64,000 nt of DNA from Dehalococcoidia bacterium (lineage in GTDB: Bacteria; Chloroflexota; Dehalococcoidia; UBA2979): assembly GCA_963667465.2 (NCBI GenBank), contig CAXXDN010000002.1, positions 1,216,001-1,280,000 on the forward strand. The letters are read 5' to 3'. A model generated the notes under the pieces. It searched no databases, had not been told where the DNA came from, and saw only the letters and a list, made by a program, of their open reading frames with translations. The translations under genes and the position numbers were made by a program. Within the stretch, counting starts at the first letter, position 1. Each line of letters opens with the position of its first letter. Below, piece by piece: positions 19,251 to 29,461 of the stretch.

Positions 19251-19311
19251 CGCGGCGCCGTCCCGGCGATTGACCCCCCTCGGCGCGCGCATCTACCATC
19301 AAGGGGTACGC

Positions 19312-19388
19312 GGCCCCGTAGTGTAGCGGTCTAACACGCCACCCTGTCACGGTGGAGATCGGCGGTTCGAATCCGCTCGGGGTCGCCA
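19312..19388 (+). tRNA. tRNA-Asp(GTC)
   Basis: Cloverleaf, CTGTCAC anticodon loop, CCA end; TTGACC-18-TACCAT promoter at 19270-19299. Confidence 0.97.
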
Positions 19389-19444
19389 GCCATCACCACT
19401 CCCGCACGCCCTGCGAGAAGCGCCCGCCGAGGGCGCGTCCGGGG

Positions 19445-19981
19445 CTATGCGTCCGCGGCCGACGCCCCTGTCGCCGACTCCACGATCGCGACGGAGTGCA
19501 ACAGGTCGCCGGCCGGCAGTTCGCCCTCTGCCGCGGGGTCGCGTGGCGAGAGCGCGCGCGCCGCCTCGAGGCCGTCCTCGACGCTGCCGAGGTAGCTGAA
19601 GCGCCCGGTGAGCTGCGGCGCGTCAGCGAGCGCGATGAAGAACTGCGAGCCGTTGCTGTCCGGTCCGGAGTTGGCCAGCCCGACCGCGCCCGCCGCGAAC
19701 GGCTCATCCGACAGCTCGTCGGGTAGCCGGTAGCCGGGCCCGCCGTGGCCTCGGCCCGTCGGGTCGCCGCCTTGCGCGATGAACCCCGGGATTACGCGGT
19801 GGAACGTCGTACCGTCGTAGAACCCCTCGCGAGCGAGGAATACGAAGGAGTTAACCGCCTGCGGGGCCAGGTCGGGACGCAATCGAATGCGGATCACGCC
19901 GCGCGCTGTCTCGAGGACCGCGTGGCAGGCGCCGTCCTCGGCCAGCCCCACCGGGGCCGGCTCCTCGTAGCGGCGCGCCAC
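19445..19981 (-). CDS. Cyclophilin-type peptidyl-prolyl isomerase
   Basis: FHRVIPGFIAQGGDP, NGSQFFI. Confidence 0.92.
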   Translation of the reverse strand: MARRYEEPAPVGLAEDGACHAVLETARGVIRIRLRPDLAPQAVNSFVFLAREGFYDGTTFHRVIPGFIAQGGDPTGRGHGGPGYRLPDELSDEPFAAGAVGLANSGPDSNGSQFFIALADAPQLTGRFSYLGSVEDGLEAARALSPRDPAAEGELPAGDLLHSVAIVESATGASAADA

Positions 19982-19982
19982 G

Positions 19983-20831
19983 CTACTCGCCTCCCCCCGC
20001 CGTCTCCGTGATCTCAATGCTGAGGATGCGATCGGCGGGCGGCGAGCCCGGGCCGGGCTCGCGCGCCGTCAGCGAGCGAGCGATGTCGAGGCCCCCGATC
20101 ACGCGGCCGAAGACGGTGAAGTCGGGCTCCAGAAACGGGGTCGGCTCCAGTGTGATGAAGAACTGCGAGCCACTCACGGTGGTGGACTTCGCCATCGAGA
20201 GCACCCCGGCCTCGAACGGCAGCTCGTTCGTCTCCTCGTCGAGACTGTAGCCGGGACCGCCCGCGCCCCCACCCGTGGGGTCGCCGCCCTGGGCAACGAA
20301 GCCGGTGATTACGCGGTGGAAGGTGAGGCCGTCGAAGAAGCGGTTGCGCGCGAGGAAGACGAAGTTGTTGACGTAGCCGGGCGCCTCCTGCGGCAGCAGC
20401 TCCACCCGGATGTCGCCGCGTTCCGTCCGGATCAGCGCCTCGTAGCGGTTGGATGGATCGATCTCCATCGCCGGGGGCTCACTGTACGTGCGGAGGACCC
20501 CGTCTGCGTCCGGCGTCGGCGTCGGCTCCGGCGTAGGCTCCGCCGTCGGTTCGGAGGTCCCGCCGGCCGCTGCGGCCGCCTCGGTCGGCGTTGGGGTCGT
20601 GGTCGTGGTCGGGTCGGGCGACTGGTTCCCGAACGGCGCAGTGATGAAGACAGCGCCGAGGCTGAGGACCAGCACCACGATGCCGACGGCGAAGAGCACT
20701 CGTTGGCGGCGCTGCAGCCAGCCAAAGATGCCGGGGAACTCCACCGGGCCGGCGGGATCGTAGCCGCGCAACTGGCTGCGGCGCGCGCGCTGTCGCTGGC
20801 TGCGGCGCTGCCTTCGGCGATCGTTGCTCAC
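19983..20831 (-). CDS. Membrane-anchored cyclophilin-type PPIase
   Basis: TM + PT-rich linker + FHRVITGFVAQGGDP, GSQFFI. Confidence 0.9.
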   Translation of the reverse strand: MSNDRRRQRRSQRQRARRSQLRGYDPAGPVEFPGIFGWLQRRQRVLFAVGIVVLVLSLGAVFITAPFGNQSPDPTTTTTPTPTEAAAAAGGTSEPTAEPTPEPTPTPDADGVLRTYSEPPAMEIDPSNRYEALIRTERGDIRVELLPQEAPGYVNNFVFLARNRFFDGLTFHRVITGFVAQGGDPTGGGAGGPGYSLDEETNELPFEAGVLSMAKSTTVSGSQFFITLEPTPFLEPDFTVFGRVIGGLDIARSLTAREPGPGSPPADRILSIEITETAGGGE

Positions 20832-21057
20832 GCGCGTCTCCTCGCCTGCTCACTGCGGGTTGCCTGGGCTGCGGGTTGCCTGACCTCCGCTGGCCTCGGC
20901 GAATGTACTACGAACTCGGCGGAGGGTAATCGCCAGCCGCCGGCGGGCCCGCCTGGTCGAAGCCACGAACGAGCTGGCGGTGTAGCGGATCGCCTGGGAC
21001 AGCGCCCGTGGATCAGGCTATCGTGCGGATCGGATTACGCCGAGCAGAGGGGGAGCC

Positions 21058-21582
21058 ATGAGTACCGTCGCATTCATCCAGCGCAGCCTCGAGTTCACGC
21101 ACGCCGCCCTCATCGACGCGCGCAACGGCAGCGACGAGCAGCTGCACTTCGTCCCGGAGGACGGAAGCCACTCGATCGCCTGGTGCCTCTGGCACACCTC
21201 GCGCGTCGAGGACCTGATCATCAGCCGCGTGACGGATGAGCCTCAGGTCTGGAACGAGGAGTGGGCGAACCGCACCGGACTCTCCCTCGAGGGCTTCGGC
21301 ACCGGCATGTCCGACGCGGACGCCCGGCAGGTCCGTGTCGCAGACCTCGCAGCGCTCGGCAGCTACCAGGACGCCGTCTTCGAGCGCACGTCCCAGTTCC
21401 TGGCGGACGCCACAGAGGACGATCTCGAGCGGGAGATCCCGGCCCGCAACGGCAGCGAGAGCGTCGGCGAGGCGATCTCGCTGCACATGATGGGTCACTT
21501 CAACGGCCACCGCGGGGAGATCAACCTCCTCCGCGGCATGCAGGGAATGCCCACCGTCATGGCCGCGCATGGCACCCACTAG
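21058..21582 (+). CDS. DinB family protein
   Basis: SIAWCLWH...HFNGHRGEI metal-binding His pattern. Confidence 0.85.
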   Translation: MSTVAFIQRSLEFTHAALIDARNGSDEQLHFVPEDGSHSIAWCLWHTSRVEDLIISRVTDEPQVWNEEWANRTGLSLEGFGTGMSDADARQVRVADLAALGSYQDAVFERTSQFLADATEDDLEREIPARNGSESVGEAISLHMMGHFNGHRGEINLLRGMQGMPTVMAAHGTH

Positions 21583-21993
21583 CGCTGCCGACCCTGACGA
21601 CACAGTACGGGAGCACAACCTCAGGGCCGGCCACGATGGTCCCGGCTGTTATGTCTGCTGGCACCCTCGGCGCGGCCGGGCGCTGTAACCGCGAAGGGCA
21701 GCTCGGCGGCCTGGAGCGCGTGGTGGCATTCAGCTCCCGGACGACTCGTCACCGCCCGGCGTCCAGCGCTCGGGCAGGGCGTTGTTGTCGCGACGGCGCC
21801 TTGCTCTTCCCGCTACCAGGGTGCTGAAGAAGCGGCCGTTGGGGCCGCCGGCGGTACCGAACGACTCCGCGTGACCGCGAGCATGATGTTGGCCTGACGC
21901 TCGGCGTCTCCGGGCACGGGCTGCCTCCCAGGCTGCGCCCCCCACTTCAGCACTTGACAGAGAAAGCGCATACGCGCTATATCAAAAGGGGGC

Positions 21994-24900
21994 ATGGCAG
22001 ATGTGTCTGCTCTGGAGTTCGCAGCACGGGTGATGCGTATGTTGCGACAAGCCCCCGTTTACCTTCTCCGTATGGCGCCGCGGAAGATCGCCAGGCTGCC
22101 GCTTCGGCTGGCGGCGGCGCTGATCGTCCTGTGGATTGCGTTGGCCCCGTCGGCGCCCGAGGCCAACGCTCAGACGCCGGACCCCGTGATCTCGATCAAG
22201 GGACTCAAGAGAGTCGATGAGGGCGGGGACGCGTCGTTCACCGTCACGGCGAGCGCGGCTCCTGCCGCCGACCTGACCATCAAGCTCAACGTCGAGGAAA
22301 CCACCGGCGGCGGCGCCAACTACGTCCCCAGCGGACAGGAAGGCGACCGGACCGTCGTCATTCGCGCCGGCAAGCAATCCGTGAAGTTCACCATCCCCAC
22401 CAATGCAAGATACGCCAGGGAAGATAACGGCAAGGTGGTCGCCAAAATTCTGGCCGGCGCCGGCTATGCCGTGACCGATTCCCAAAAGCGCTCCCAGCAA
22501 GAAACTGTAATCCGCAATCGTAATGACGGGGTGCAGCTGGATTTTGCGACCCGGTGGGTCGCTGAGTTTGGCACCGCCCCGGTCAGGATCTCTGTTCAAG
22601 TCGCCGACGGGCACGAGCTGTGGGGAACAGCTCGTACCATCAACTACACGGTGAGCGGTACGGCGGAGCGCGGCGAGGGCAAGGACTACACCATTGACGG
22701 CTGCACGTCCTCACCGTGCAGCATCAGACTGCCCGCGAACACCCACACCGTCTCGATCCTGCTGAGGATCAACAATGACGGCCTGGACGAGAATGACGAG
22801 ACCATCGTGTTCACGCTGCAAAACGGCAGCGGCTACAAGGTGAACAACAGCAGGAGAACGACAAAGGTCACCCTGAGGGACGACGACACCCGCGGCCTGA
22901 CGTTCTATCGGAGCTGGCCAGACATCGACGAGGGCGACAGCGGCACGATCAAGGTCAGGTTGTCGTCGCAGCCGACGGCCGCGGTTACGGTCAACATCGC
23001 CTCCAACAACCCGGACGTGACGGTCAGCCCTACCTCGCTCACCTTCAACCCCAGCGGCAGCAATCTCTGGAGCCGGGATCGGACGGTGACGATAGCGGCA
23101 GCGCAGGACAATGACGCGGTCGACGACACGGCAACCCTGACCTACAGGACGTCGGGCGGGGACTACGGCGGCGCCAACGCACTGAGCATCGATCGGCCGG
23201 TCGCCGTCGACGACGACGACACCAGCACCACGGTGGGGCCCAATTTGCCCCGGATCACCATCGACGGCGGCCCCGCGGTGACGGAAGGCAGCGCAGCCAG
23301 CTTCACGGTGAACGCCGCCCCGGCGCCGACCGCACGCCTCACGGTGAACGTCGAGGTCGTGGAGCCCCCCGGCCAGGACTTCGTGGCCGCGAGCCACGAG
23401 GGCGTGAGAACCATCACCCTGAACGCAGGCGCAACCTCCGCGAGCTTCACCGTCCCCACCGTGAACGACAGTACCGACGAGGCTGACGGGTTCGTGCAGG
23501 TGTTCGTGAACGACGGCCCCGGCTACAACGCCGGCGGCGGCGGCTCTGTCGACGTCAACGACAACGACGACCCCACCCCCGCAGTGTCCTTCTCCTCGGC
23601 GTCATCGAGCGTGGGCGAGGGCGGCGGCTCGACCGGCGTGCGTGTGAATCTCACCCGGCCTGCGCCCTCGGGCGGCCTCACGGTCCGCTACACCGTCAGC
23701 GGCACCGCGAGGGCTGGAGGCAGCAACGACTTCACGATTCAGAACTCCGGCACGCTGAGCATCGCGGCTGGAGCGAGCTCCGCGACCATCCCGGTCGCCA
23801 TCAATGACGACAGCGCCACCGAGAACGCCGAGACGGTCATCCTGACCCTCAGCGGCGGCACGGGTTACACGCCGGGCAGCACGACGGTCCACACGCTGAC
23901 CATCAACGACAACGACAATGCGTCACAGCCCGCGGCGTCCTTCACCTCGGCAGCTTCGAGCGCGGCGGAGAGCGCCGGCACTCGCAATGTCACGGTCAAC
24001 CTGTCCTCAGGCGCCCCTTCGGGCGGTGTCACCATCGGCTACAGCGCCACCGGAACGGCGACGGGTGGCAGCGGCAACGACTTCACGATCCAGAACTCCG
24101 GCACGCTGAGCATCGCGGCTGGAGCGACCTCCGCCACCATCCCGGTCGCCATCAATGACGACAACGCGCGGGAAAGCGCCGAGACGGTCATCCTGACCCT
24201 CAGCAGCGGCACGGGGTACACGCTGGGCAGCCCGACGGTCCACACGCTGACCATCAACGACAACGACGGCTCAGGCCCCGCGCTGCCTTCAGCTTCACTC
24301 GCCTCGGCGTCTTCGAGTGCGGCTGAGAGCGCCGGCACTCGCAACGTGAGGGTCAACCTGTCCTCGGCTGCACCTTCGGGTGGCTTGTCGGTCAGGTACA
24401 GCGTCACCGGCACGGCGACAGCGGGCAGCGGCAACGACTTCACCATCCAGAACTCCGGCACGCTGAGCGTCGCGGCTGGAGCGACCTCCGCGACCATCCG
24501 GGTCGCCATCAATGACGACAGCGCGCGGGAAAGCGCCGAGACGGTCATCCTGACCCTCACCAGCGGCACGGGGTACACGCTGGGCAGCCCGACGGTCCAC
24601 ACGCTGACCATCACCGACAACGACAGTCCGCGGGCGCCCGATCGGGAACCCACCAGCGCCGACTCGGGGGGCAGCTTCGTCGATGGCGGCGGGATCACCG
24701 ACGACGGCCCGGCGCGCGACCTGACCCCGAGCGAGGCTGACTTCGAATGGACCGTCGACCGTGACCTCGATGAACTCGACAGCGGCCACGCGATGCCCAC
24801 GGGGCTGTGGTCGGACGGCGCGACCCTTTGGCTGCTCCACAACGCATCCGGCGCCGGCGACGCCGTCTACGCCTACGACCTCGAGAGCGGCGAGCGCCTT

Positions 24901-26568
24901 GAGGACCGTGAGTTCGCGCTCGCCGAGCGCAACCGCTCCCCCCGCGGGATCTGGTCGGACGGCACGACGGTGTGGGTCTCCGACAGCGGCCAGGACAAGC
25001 TCTTTGCCTCGGTCCTCGCCACGGGCGAGCGCCTCGAGGACCGTGAATTCGAGCTGCACGACCGGAACGCCGACGCGCGCGGCATCTGGTCGGACGGGGA
25101 GACCATGTGGGTGCTCGACGGCGGGAAGGACAGCCTCTTCGCCTACGACCTCGCCAGCGGCGACCTCCTCGCTGAGTACTCCCTCGACTCACGCAACCAC
25201 GACCCCCGCGGCCTCTGGTCCGACGGCGTCTCGTTCTGGGTGTCCGACCACGGCCTCAAGCAGATCTGGGCCTACCGTGTGCCCGCTCTGCCTGAGACCG
25301 CTGTGCCTGAGGGAGGGGAACCGGCGAATGAGCCGCCGGCCCTCGAACGCGTCGCTGACGAGGACTTCACCCACCTCTCCCGCGCAAGCAACAACAGCCC
25401 GCGCGGCATCTGGTCCGACGGCGTCCTGATGTACGTCGCCGACGCCAACGACGGCAGGATCTACAGCTACAACATGCCCGCGGCGATCGATGCCCGCCTC
25501 ACCTCACTGGAGCTCAGCGGGGTCAACTTCGGAGAGTTCGACCCCCGCCGCACCGAGTACGACGGGGTGGCAGCCGAGGGCGTGACGACGACGACGGTCG
25601 AGGCCGAGGCGGCACAAGCGGACGCCACGGTCGTGATCGAGCCGGCAGACGACGACACGGCGGCCGCGGGACACCAGGTCGCACTGACCGCGGTCGAGCA
25701 GATCGTGATCACCGTCACCTCGGAGGACGGCAGCCGTGAGCGCAGCTACCGCGTGCGCCTCGCCGAGCTCGCCGAGCTCGCCGAGATCGCCGAGGCCGGG
25801 CCGTCCGCGAGCTGCCTGCGCGGCGCCGTCAACGTCGGCTTCAGCCTCGTGGTGTACGAGGGCGGCAGCCTCGACGAGCTCGTGGCCTGTGCGGAGGGCC
25901 GCCACGCCACGGCGCTCTACGTCCTCGTGGACGGCGACTGGGTGTCCTACCACTCCGGCGCGCCGGACTTCGTGAACGCACCTTTCCACGCGCTGTTTGC
26001 CGACGGCGTCCCGGCCGCGACGCCGCTGATCGTGCGCAGCGCGGGTCCGGTGTCGCCGGCCCCACCCGCACCCGAGGTCGCCGAGCCCTCCCCGACCTGC
26101 CTCAGCGGCGAGCTATCGGAACGCTTCAGCCTCGTGGTGTACGAGGGCGGCAGCCTCGAGGATCTCGCTGCGTGCGCCGAGAGCCTCGGGGTCACAGCAC
26201 TGTACGCGCTGCACGACGGAACCTGGGTCTCTTACATCCTTGGAGTGAACGGAGTGTCGGAGTTCGTGAACGCACCCTTCCGCGCGCTGTTCACCGACGG
26301 CGTCCCGGCCGGGACGCCGCTGTCCGTGTGGGGCGAGGGGCAGGCGGCAGGCGAGGAGCGGAGCACCGAGGTCAGCGAGCAGGGAGTGCTGCGGCGAGCT
26401 GCGCCTCCGACAGCTCTCGCCACCTCGACAACGAGGCGCGTGCGTTCATCCGGTCATTCGTCAAGGAGATCGCGGTCAAGCCCGCGACGGCCACGATCCG
26501 CTACACCATCCCGACACCGCCCGACAGCCGCATCGCCGGAAGGATGTCGCGGCGATCAGCCTGCCTGA
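21994..26568 (+). CDS. Large secreted surface protein: Calx-beta repeats, PRGIWSDG propeller repeats, cadherin-like beta-sandwich, two C-terminal repeats (true start may be 22033-22072)
   Basis: Signal peptide ending near ANA-Q; INDD/NDND Calx-beta motifs; xxG(I/L)WSDG x5; DARLTSLELSG; TTGACA promoter at 21954. Confidence 0.85.
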   Translation: MADVSALEFAARVMRMLRQAPVYLLRMAPRKIARLPLRLAAALIVLWIALAPSAPEANAQTPDPVISIKGLKRVDEGGDASFTVTASAAPAADLTIKLNVEETTGGGANYVPSGQEGDRTVVIRAGKQSVKFTIPTNARYAREDNGKVVAKILAGAGYAVTDSQKRSQQETVIRNRNDGVQLDFATRWVAEFGTAPVRISVQVADGHELWGTARTINYTVSGTAERGEGKDYTIDGCTSSPCSIRLPANTHTVSILLRINNDGLDENDETIVFTLQNGSGYKVNNSRRTTKVTLRDDDTRGLTFYRSWPDIDEGDSGTIKVRLSSQPTAAVTVNIASNNPDVTVSPTSLTFNPSGSNLWSRDRTVTIAAAQDNDAVDDTATLTYRTSGGDYGGANALSIDRPVAVDDDDTSTTVGPNLPRITIDGGPAVTEGSAASFTVNAAPAPTARLTVNVEVVEPPGQDFVAASHEGVRTITLNAGATSASFTVPTVNDSTDEADGFVQVFVNDGPGYNAGGGGSVDVNDNDDPTPAVSFSSASSSVGEGGGSTGVRVNLTRPAPSGGLTVRYTVSGTARAGGSNDFTIQNSGTLSIAAGASSATIPVAINDDSATENAETVILTLSGGTGYTPGSTTVHTLTINDNDNASQPAASFTSAASSAAESAGTRNVTVNLSSGAPSGGVTIGYSATGTATGGSGNDFTIQNSGTLSIAAGATSATIPVAINDDNARESAETVILTLSSGTGYTLGSPTVHTLTINDNDGSGPALPSASLASASSSAAESAGTRNVRVNLSSAAPSGGLSVRYSVTGTATAGSGNDFTIQNSGTLSVAAGATSATIRVAINDDSARESAETVILTLTSGTGYTLGSPTVHTLTITDNDSPRAPDREPTSADSGGSFVDGGGITDDGPARDLTPSEADFEWTVDRDLDELDSGHAMPTGLWSDGATLWLLHNASGAGDAVYAYDLESGERLEDREFALAERNRSPRGIWSDGTTVWVSDSGQDKLFASVLATGERLEDREFELHDRNADARGIWSDGETMWVLDGGKDSLFAYDLASGDLLAEYSLDSRNHDPRGLWSDGVSFWVSDHGLKQIWAYRVPALPETAVPEGGEPANEPPALERVADEDFTHLSRASNNSPRGIWSDGVLMYVADANDGRIYSYNMPAAIDARLTSLELSGVNFGEFDPRRTEYDGVAAEGVTTTTVEAEAAQADATVVIEPADDDTAAAGHQVALTAVEQIVITVTSEDGSRERSYRVRLAELAELAEIAEAGPSASCLRGAVNVGFSLVVYEGGSLDELVACAEGRHATALYVLVDGDWVSYHSGAPDFVNAPFHALFADGVPAATPLIVRSAGPVSPAPPAPEVAEPSPTCLSGELSERFSLVVYEGGSLEDLAACAESLGVTALYALHDGTWVSYILGVNGVSEFVNAPFRALFTDGVPAGTPLSVWGEGQAAGEERSTEVSEQGVLRRAAPPTALATSTTRRVRSSGHSSRRSRSSPRRPRSATPSRHRPTAASPEGCRGDQPA
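23575..24625 (+). repeat. Three tandem about 360-bp intragenic Calx-beta repeats
   Basis: gcaacgacttcac...cagaactccggcacgctgagc recurs at about 23724, 24074 and 24431. Confidence 0.85.
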
Positions 26569-26590
26569 GGACATTCGCAACACGGTTTCG
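26420..26590 (+). pseudogene. C-terminal remnant of a large serine recombinase
   Basis: Alternate frame EARAFIRSFVKEIAVKPATATIRYTIPTPPDS resembles serine recombinase C-termini (recalled, not searched). Confidence 0.55.
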
Positions 26591-26592
26591 CT

Positions 26593-26667
26593 TGGTACCC
26601 TCGGCAGGATTCGAACCTGCGCACCCGGCTCCGGAGGCCGGTGCTCTATCCCCTGAGCTACGAGGGC
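26593..26667 (-). tRNA. tRNA-Arg(CCG)
   Basis: GCCCTCG...CCGGC-CTCCGGA-GCCGG...GTTCGAATCC...CGAGGGTACCA. Confidence 0.96.
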
Positions 26668-26715
26668 GCGACGATCAGTGTAGGGAGCGCGCTTCGTCGT
26701 CGGCAAGCGCGTGCG

Positions 26716-27858
26716 CTATGCCTCGCCGGCCGTGACCTCGGCGAAGAACGCCGCCACGTCCTCCGCGAACAGCTGCGGCTGCTCCATCGCCGCGAAGTGG
26801 CCGCCGCGCGGCGGTTCGCTCCAGCGGACGAGCCGGTAGGAACGCTCGAGGACCGCTCGGGGCGCCGTCCACGGCTCGCCCCGGAAGCGCGCGAACGCCA
26901 TCGGCACGGGCGGGGCCGCCGAGGCGCGGAACGGCGGCGACTCGCGGCGGCTCTCGTAGTAGGTGCGTGCCGCCGACAGTGCGCTGCCGGTCAGCCAGTA
27001 GAGCGTCACGTTCGCCAGCACCGCGTCGCGATCGAACGTCTCCCAGAGCTCGCCCGGCTCGCTCCACGCCTGGAACTTCTCGAGGATCCAGGCGAGCAAT
27101 CCGATCGGTGAGTCGTTGAGCGAGTAGGCGAGCGTCTGTGGCTTCGTGCCCTGGATGTGGCCGTAGGCGCCCTCGAGATCGCGCCACTCCGCCATCTGCT
27201 CGCGCCACTCGGCCTCCTCGGCCGAGAGCGGCGTGTCCGGCGAGGCCAGCACGAGTCCCGACGGGAAGTTGAGGTGCAGCCCCAGCACGGCCTGTGGCTG
27301 CTGGTGCGTCAGCCGCGCTCCGATGACGGAGCCCCAGTCGCCGCCCTGCACGCCGTAGCGCTCGTGGCCAAGCTCCGTCATCAGCGCGTGCATGCGCTCC
27401 GCGATCCGGCCCGGGTGCATCCCCGGCTCCCGCGCCGCCTCGGAGAACCCGTAGCCCGGCAGCGAGGGCACGACGACCTCGAAGCCGGGCGCGCCCGCGA
27501 CGCCGTCCGCGAGCAGCTCCGCCGCGGGCAGCAGCTCGATGAACGAGCCCGGCCAGCCGTGCAGCAGCAGCAGTGGCGTGCGCCCTTCGCCCGTCCCGAG
27601 AACGACGCAGTGCAGCGCCTCGCGCGCGTCGTCGACGGGGCCGCGCAGGTGCGTGAGCCGGTTGAGCGAGTCCTGCACCTTGAACCAGTCGAACTCGTGC
27701 CGCCAGTGGCGCCCGAGGTCGCGCAGCACGGCGTCGTCGGTACCGGCGGACCAGCCCGTCGGGAACGGGATCGAGGGCCAGCGCGCCTCGTCGATGCGCC
27801 TGTGGAGATCCGCGATCGCGGCCTCGCCGAAGTCGATGCGGAAGGGTTGCAGTGCCAT
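26716..27858 (-). CDS. Epoxide hydrolase (EHN + alpha/beta hydrolase)
   Basis: HGWPGS, PSLPGYGFS, QGGDWG, GGHFAAME. Confidence 0.93.
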   Translation of the reverse strand: MALQPFRIDFGEAAIADLHRRIDEARWPSIPFPTGWSAGTDDAVLRDLGRHWRHEFDWFKVQDSLNRLTHLRGPVDDAREALHCVVLGTGEGRTPLLLLHGWPGSFIELLPAAELLADGVAGAPGFEVVVPSLPGYGFSEAAREPGMHPGRIAERMHALMTELGHERYGVQGGDWGSVIGARLTHQQPQAVLGLHLNFPSGLVLASPDTPLSAEEAEWREQMAEWRDLEGAYGHIQGTKPQTLAYSLNDSPIGLLAWILEKFQAWSEPGELWETFDRDAVLANVTLYWLTGSALSAARTYYESRRESPPFRASAAPPVPMAFARFRGEPWTAPRAVLERSYRLVRWSEPPRGGHFAAMEQPQLFAEDVAAFFAEVTAGEA

Positions 27859-27872
27859 GGGCGCAGTATCGC

Positions 27873-29402
27873 CTACTCGCGCCCCCTGCGCCGGTACTGG
27901 ATTGCCTCGGCGAGGTGCGCGGACGAGATCTCGTCGGCGCCCTCGAGGTCGGCGATGGTGCGGGCGACACGCAGCACGCGATGGAAGGCGCGCGCCGAGA
28001 GGCCGATCTGCTCCATAGCCGCCGCGAGCAGCGGCTCCGCGCCGGCCTCGAGCTGTTGCTGGCAGAAGCGCCGCACCTCCTGCGGCCCCATCTCCGCGTT
28101 GGTCAGCGCGTCGCCGGCGGCGGCGTCAGTGCCGGCGAGCCGCTCGCGCTGCCGGGCGCGGGCGACCTCGACGCGCTCGCGCACTTCGGCGCTCGACTCG
28201 CCCGAGGGTGCGCGCGTCAGGTCGTCGTACTCGACGCGCGGCACGTCGACAAAGAGGTCGAAGCGGTCGAGCAGCGGCCCGGAGACGCGGCGCTGATAGC
28301 GCGAGACGGTCGCCTCCGGACAGGCGCAGGAGCGCCGGCTGTCGCCGTAGTAGCCGCAGGGGCAGGGGTTCATCGCCGCGACGAGCAGAATGCGCGCGGG
28401 GAAGCTGACGGAGCCGCGCACGCGCGAGATCGTGACCGAGCCCGCCTCCAGCGGCTCGCGCAACGCCTCGAGGGCGCTCCCCGGGTACTCCGGGAACTCG
28501 TCGAGGAAGAGCACGCCGCGGTGCGCGAGCGAGATCTCGCCCGGCCGGATTATGCTGCCGCCGCCGACCAGGCCGGCGTGCGAGATGGTGTGATGCGGGG
28601 CGCGGAAGGGCCGCTGGCGGATGAACGGGCGGTCCTGGCCCATCATCCCGGCGACCGAGTAGACCTTCGTGACCTGCAGCGCCTCCGCCGAAGTCAGCTC
28701 CGGCAGCAGGCCGGGCACGCAGCGCGCCAGCAGCGTCTTCCCGGAGCCGGGCGGGCCCTGCAGCATGACGTTGTGCCCGCCCGCGGCGGCGACCTCCAGC
28801 GCGCGCTTGACGTGCTCCTGCCCATGCACCGCCGCGAGGTCGAACGCAGGCCTGGGAAGCTCGTCGGGCTCGTCGTCGCCGTCCTCGCAGGCCCAGCCGT
28901 CCGGCTCGGCGCGCACATCGGAGAGGGTGGCGAGGCCGCGCACGTCCACCAGCTCGGCGAGCCGCGCCTCGGCGACGTCGTCCGGCGGCACCACCGCCGT
29001 GCCGATGCCCTGGTCGGCGCACATCGAGACGAGCGGCAGCACGCCGCTGACGTGACGCAGGCGCCCGTCGAGCGAGAGCTCGCCGAGCAGCGCCATCTCC
29101 TCGAAACGGTCGGGCACCTGGTGCGAGGCCACGAGGATCGCGACCGCAATCGGCAGGTCGTAGAGCGGGCCCTGCTTGCGCACGTCCGCGGGGGCGAGGT
29201 TGACGGTGATGCGCCGCAGCGGGAACTCGAAGCCCGCATTGCGGATCGCCGCGCGTACGCGCTCCTTCGCCTCCTGCACAGCCGTGTCCGGCAACCCCAC
29301 GATCTGGAACGCGGGCAAGCCGCTTCCGATATCCACCTCGACATCGACGGGGATGCCGTCGATGCCCACTACTGCTCCGCTGCGAACCTTTGCGAGTGCC
29401 AT
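27873..29402 (-). CDS. comM: YifB/ComM Mg-chelatase-like AAA ATPase
   Basis: VNLAPADVRK, GPPGSGKT, RAPHHT, NPCPCG. Confidence 0.93.
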   Translation of the reverse strand: MALAKVRSGAVVGIDGIPVDVEVDIGSGLPAFQIVGLPDTAVQEAKERVRAAIRNAGFEFPLRRITVNLAPADVRKQGPLYDLPIAVAILVASHQVPDRFEEMALLGELSLDGRLRHVSGVLPLVSMCADQGIGTAVVPPDDVAEARLAELVDVRGLATLSDVRAEPDGWACEDGDDEPDELPRPAFDLAAVHGQEHVKRALEVAAAGGHNVMLQGPPGSGKTLLARCVPGLLPELTSAEALQVTKVYSVAGMMGQDRPFIRQRPFRAPHHTISHAGLVGGGSIIRPGEISLAHRGVLFLDEFPEYPGSALEALREPLEAGSVTISRVRGSVSFPARILLVAAMNPCPCGYYGDSRRSCACPEATVSRYQRRVSGPLLDRFDLFVDVPRVEYDDLTRAPSGESSAEVRERVEVARARQRERLAGTDAAAGDALTNAEMGPQEVRRFCQQQLEAGAEPLLAAAMEQIGLSARAFHRVLRVARTIADLEGADEISSAHLAEAIQYRRRGRE

Positions 29403-29461
29403 GTGCAGGTTGTAGCACACCCGTTCGCTTCGTGGCAACCCCGTGTCAGGCCGAACCGCGC

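Larger units (their letters stand above)
21659..26605. mobile_element. Putative decayed island integrated at the tRNA-Arg 3' end
   Basis: 12/13 direct repeat tggcaccctcggc (21659-21671) vs tggtaccctcggc (26593-26605); recombinase-like remnant next to tRNA. Confidence 0.45.

Noticed and set aside
23575-24625. DGR template/variable repeat pair (also considered for the SBP duplication)
   Set aside because: No reverse transcriptase in window; repeats are coding and differences are not adenine-restricted
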